DNA of 64,000 nt. It comes from an uncultured Rikenellaceae bacterium (GTDB lineage: Bacteria > Bacteroidota > Bacteroidia > Bacteroidales > Rikenellaceae). The first letter of the stretch is position 1. Each line of letters opens with the position of its first letter. The position numbers and the translations under genes were made by a program. Below are positions 61,764 to 64,000 of the stretch, one piece after another. The notes beneath the pieces are model-generated. The model saw only the letters and a program-made list of their open reading frames with translations. It was not told where the DNA came from and did no database searches. Where the stretch lies: NCBI GenBank assembly GCA_944414825.1, contig CALYBN010000020.1:9277-73276 (forward strand), given 5' to 3'.

Positions 61764-63830
61764 ATGGCAAGTTTGAACACATTAAGGACCCGCGGCGGAA
61801 TCATCGTTTCGATCGTGATCGGTCTGGCGCTGGTTGCGTTTCTGCTCAGCGACCTCTTCTCTTCCGGCGGCAGCCTGATGAACTCCCGCAAGATGAAAGT
61901 GGGTGAAATCTACGGTACGACCATCGGTTATATCGAATACAGCAATCAGGCTGATCTCTATACGACCGTGGCACAGGAGCTTTCAGGACGTGATGCGCTT
62001 TCTACCGAGGAGCAGGACAATACGCGCAATATGGCTTGGCAGTCGCTGATCATGAAATATGCCTACCAGCCGGGATTCGAGGAGTTGGGACTTAATGCCA
62101 CGGAGGCCGAGCAGATCGATATGGTGAACGGAGTCTATCTGTCGCCGGTTGTGACGGCGACGTTTGTCAATCCTCAGACCCAGAGTTTCGATCCGACGCT
62201 GCTGCGCAATTTCATTTCGAACCTGGGTGCCGATCCTTCGGGACGGGCTCAGTTGCTCTGGAACTATCTGAAGGAGCAGATGAACGATCAGCGCGTGATG
62301 TCGAAATACATTATGCTCGTATCGCAGGGTATGTTTGTGAACGATCTGGAGGTGGAAGCAGGCGTTGCAGCTGAGAATCATCTCTACGGTGCGCGCTATG
62401 TGGCTCAGGAGTACAGCCAGATTCCCGATTCGACGATCACCGTCTCAAGCAACGAGATTCGGAGCTACTATGCCGAACATAAGAACATGTTCCGCCAGAC
62501 GGCTTCGCGCGATATCGAGTATGTGGTGTTCGACCTGCTGCCGTCACAGGATGACTATGCCGAGGCGGAGAAATATATCAATGATCTTGCGGCAGAGTTT
62601 GCCGAAAGCGATACCCCGATGCAGTATGCAACGCTGAATTCACAGGTGACTCCCGACAGCCGATTCCTTTCCGAATCGCAACTTGAAGGTCCGATCGCCG
62701 CAGCATTGTTCAATAAGCCGAGCGCCATGTATGGTCCGGTTCTCAATGGAGATACATACACGTTGGCACGTCTGGCCGAGATGCGGAATCTGCCCGACTC
62801 GATCGGAGCCAAACACATTCTGTTGCCGGCTACCGATACGCAGCGTGCCGACAGTATCGTGACGGCCTTGAAAGGCGGAGCGTCGTTTGCCGAACTGGCC
62901 GATCGTTATTCGATGGATCAGAGCGTGATGATGAATCATGGTGATTTGGGAGTTTTTGCACCGGATCAGATGATCCCGGAGTTCAGCGAAGCGTGCCTGG
63001 ACGCCAATAAGGGAGAGATTTTCACGGTATCGAGTCAGTATGGTTTGCACGTAGTACAGCTGACCTACAAATCGCCGCTTGTTCCGAAGGCTCAGATTGC
63101 AACGATCCAATATAAGGTAGAGCCCAGCGAGTTTACGCAACAGAGTGTCTATGGCGAGGCCAGCAAGTTTATTACGGCAGCAGCCGGGTCGTATGATAAC
63201 TTCAAGAAGGCTACGACTGAGTCGGCTCTGTCGAAACGTGTGGCCCGGATTCGCAATACCGATCGTACTGTAAGCGGTATCGAGGATTCCCGAGAGTTGG
63301 TGCGCTGGGCCTTCAACGGCAAAAAAGGCGATGTGTCGGGGATTATGGAAATGGGTGGTAATTATGTGGTCGCTGCGCTGACCGAAGTGCGGGAAGACGG
63401 TATCGCCCCCGTGGAGCAGGTTGCCAGCACGATCCGGATGACACTTGTTACCGAGAAGAAAGGTGCAATGTTGGTCGAGAAGATGAAAGGTAGCACGCTG
63501 GATGAAGTGGCAACGGCACTCAATGCTGAGGTGAAAGAGGTGAAGGATCTGCAGTTTGGGTCGTTCTATGTGGAAGGCCTGGGTACTGAGCCGAAGTTGA
63601 TCGGAGCGATCTGCGGAGGAGCACCTCTCAATACGTTGTCTAAACCGGTGGAAGGCTTTACTGGGGTCTACCTGTTTGATGTGAACAGCGATACTACGGT
63701 GGAGAATGCTACGGACCAGAGCGAACGGGTACGTTTGGAGGCTATGGCTACGGCATACATTGCAGAGCGGGTTAGTCAGGCTTTGGTTGAGGCCAGCGAT
63801 GTGATCGATATGCGTGTGAAGTTCTTCTAG
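61764..63830 (+). CDS. ppiD: Periplasmic chaperone / peptidyl-prolyl isomerase, PpiD-like
   Basis: 688 aa with an N-terminal TM anchor (IIVSIVIGLALVAFLL), a SurA-N-like region and a parvulin domain (GAKHILL...GDLGVFAPDQMIPEFSEA). Confidence 0.85.
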   Translation: MASLNTLRTRGGIIVSIVIGLALVAFLLSDLFSSGGSLMNSRKMKVGEIYGTTIGYIEYSNQADLYTTVAQELSGRDALSTEEQDNTRNMAWQSLIMKYAYQPGFEELGLNATEAEQIDMVNGVYLSPVVTATFVNPQTQSFDPTLLRNFISNLGADPSGRAQLLWNYLKEQMNDQRVMSKYIMLVSQGMFVNDLEVEAGVAAENHLYGARYVAQEYSQIPDSTITVSSNEIRSYYAEHKNMFRQTASRDIEYVVFDLLPSQDDYAEAEKYINDLAAEFAESDTPMQYATLNSQVTPDSRFLSESQLEGPIAAALFNKPSAMYGPVLNGDTYTLARLAEMRNLPDSIGAKHILLPATDTQRADSIVTALKGGASFAELADRYSMDQSVMMNHGDLGVFAPDQMIPEFSEACLDANKGEIFTVSSQYGLHVVQLTYKSPLVPKAQIATIQYKVEPSEFTQQSVYGEASKFITAAAGSYDNFKKATTESALSKRVARIRNTDRTVSGIEDSRELVRWAFNGKKGDVSGIMEMGGNYVVAALTEVREDGIAPVEQVASTIRMTLVTEKKGAMLVEKMKGSTLDEVATALNAEVKEVKDLQFGSFYVEGLGTEPKLIGAICGGAPLNTLSKPVEGFTGVYLFDVNSDTTVENATDQSERVRLEAMATAYIAERVSQALVEASDVIDMRVKFF

Positions 63831-63853
63831 AATTACTGATTTGAACATAGTTG

Positions 63854-63882
63854 GAAGGCCCGGAGATCCGGGCCTTCTTTAT
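63854..63882 (+). terminator. Intrinsic terminator after ppiD
   Basis: GAAGGCCCGG, an AGAT loop and CCGGGCCTTC, followed by TTTATT. Confidence 0.7.
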
Positions 63883-64000
63883 TGTAACAGAGATGCTAGA
63901 AATTCCGATAAAAGGGAGGGGGGGGAAGAAGAAGATCAAGACTCAATGAAGAGTAGCATATTGTTCCCATATTTGCAGAAGGCATTACGGTGTGAGGAGA

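Overview
This 64-kb window comes from a high-GC Bacteroidota chromosome. I infer Bacteroidales, probably Alistipes/Rikenellaceae-like, from composition, TAnnTTTG promoter boxes, absent Shine-Dalgarno sites and gene content. It is almost entirely core housekeeping. In order it holds:
- panC-panD
- an M49 peptidase
- methylmalonyl-CoA mutase mutA/mutB
- a ComEA-like protein
- rpsU, a Xer recombinase and hpf
- a large outer-membrane protein
- the translation/transcription superoperon: tRNA-Thr/Tyr/Gly, tuf, tRNA-Trp, secE, nusG, rplK, rplA, rplJ, rplL, rpoB, rpoC
- an MG2/plug protein
- an M16 peptidase pair plus mtgA
- pyruvate:ferredoxin oxidoreductase
- dusB and argS
- an SRPBCC protein, pyrE and a NUDIX hydrolase
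- an S9 peptidase, an EEP-family hydrolase and a DMT-like transporter
- a minus-strand string: PorX-like regulator, tsaE and two orphan secreted proteins
- HU, RNase G, mfd and coaX
- an envelope cluster: OMP, TPR protein, lptC, CNNM/CBS hemolysin-family protein and ppiD

I found no CRISPR array, IS element, prophage or recognisable defence island, and no convincing complete novel system. The items most worth a second look are:
- a roughly 190-residue Gly/Arg/Pro-rich insert, including five tandem 30-nt repeats, inside the OMP wedged between hpf and the tRNA-tuf operon
- an in-frame A15 homopolymer inside the HU gene
- a 30-codon ultra-basic ORF absent from the supplied ORF track
- the PorX-like/tsaE/orphan-protein string
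- a 13-nt direct repeat bracketing a divergent promoter
- a long GC-rich rplL-rpoB spacer

The very long antisense ORFs in the ORF track are treated as compositional artefacts.
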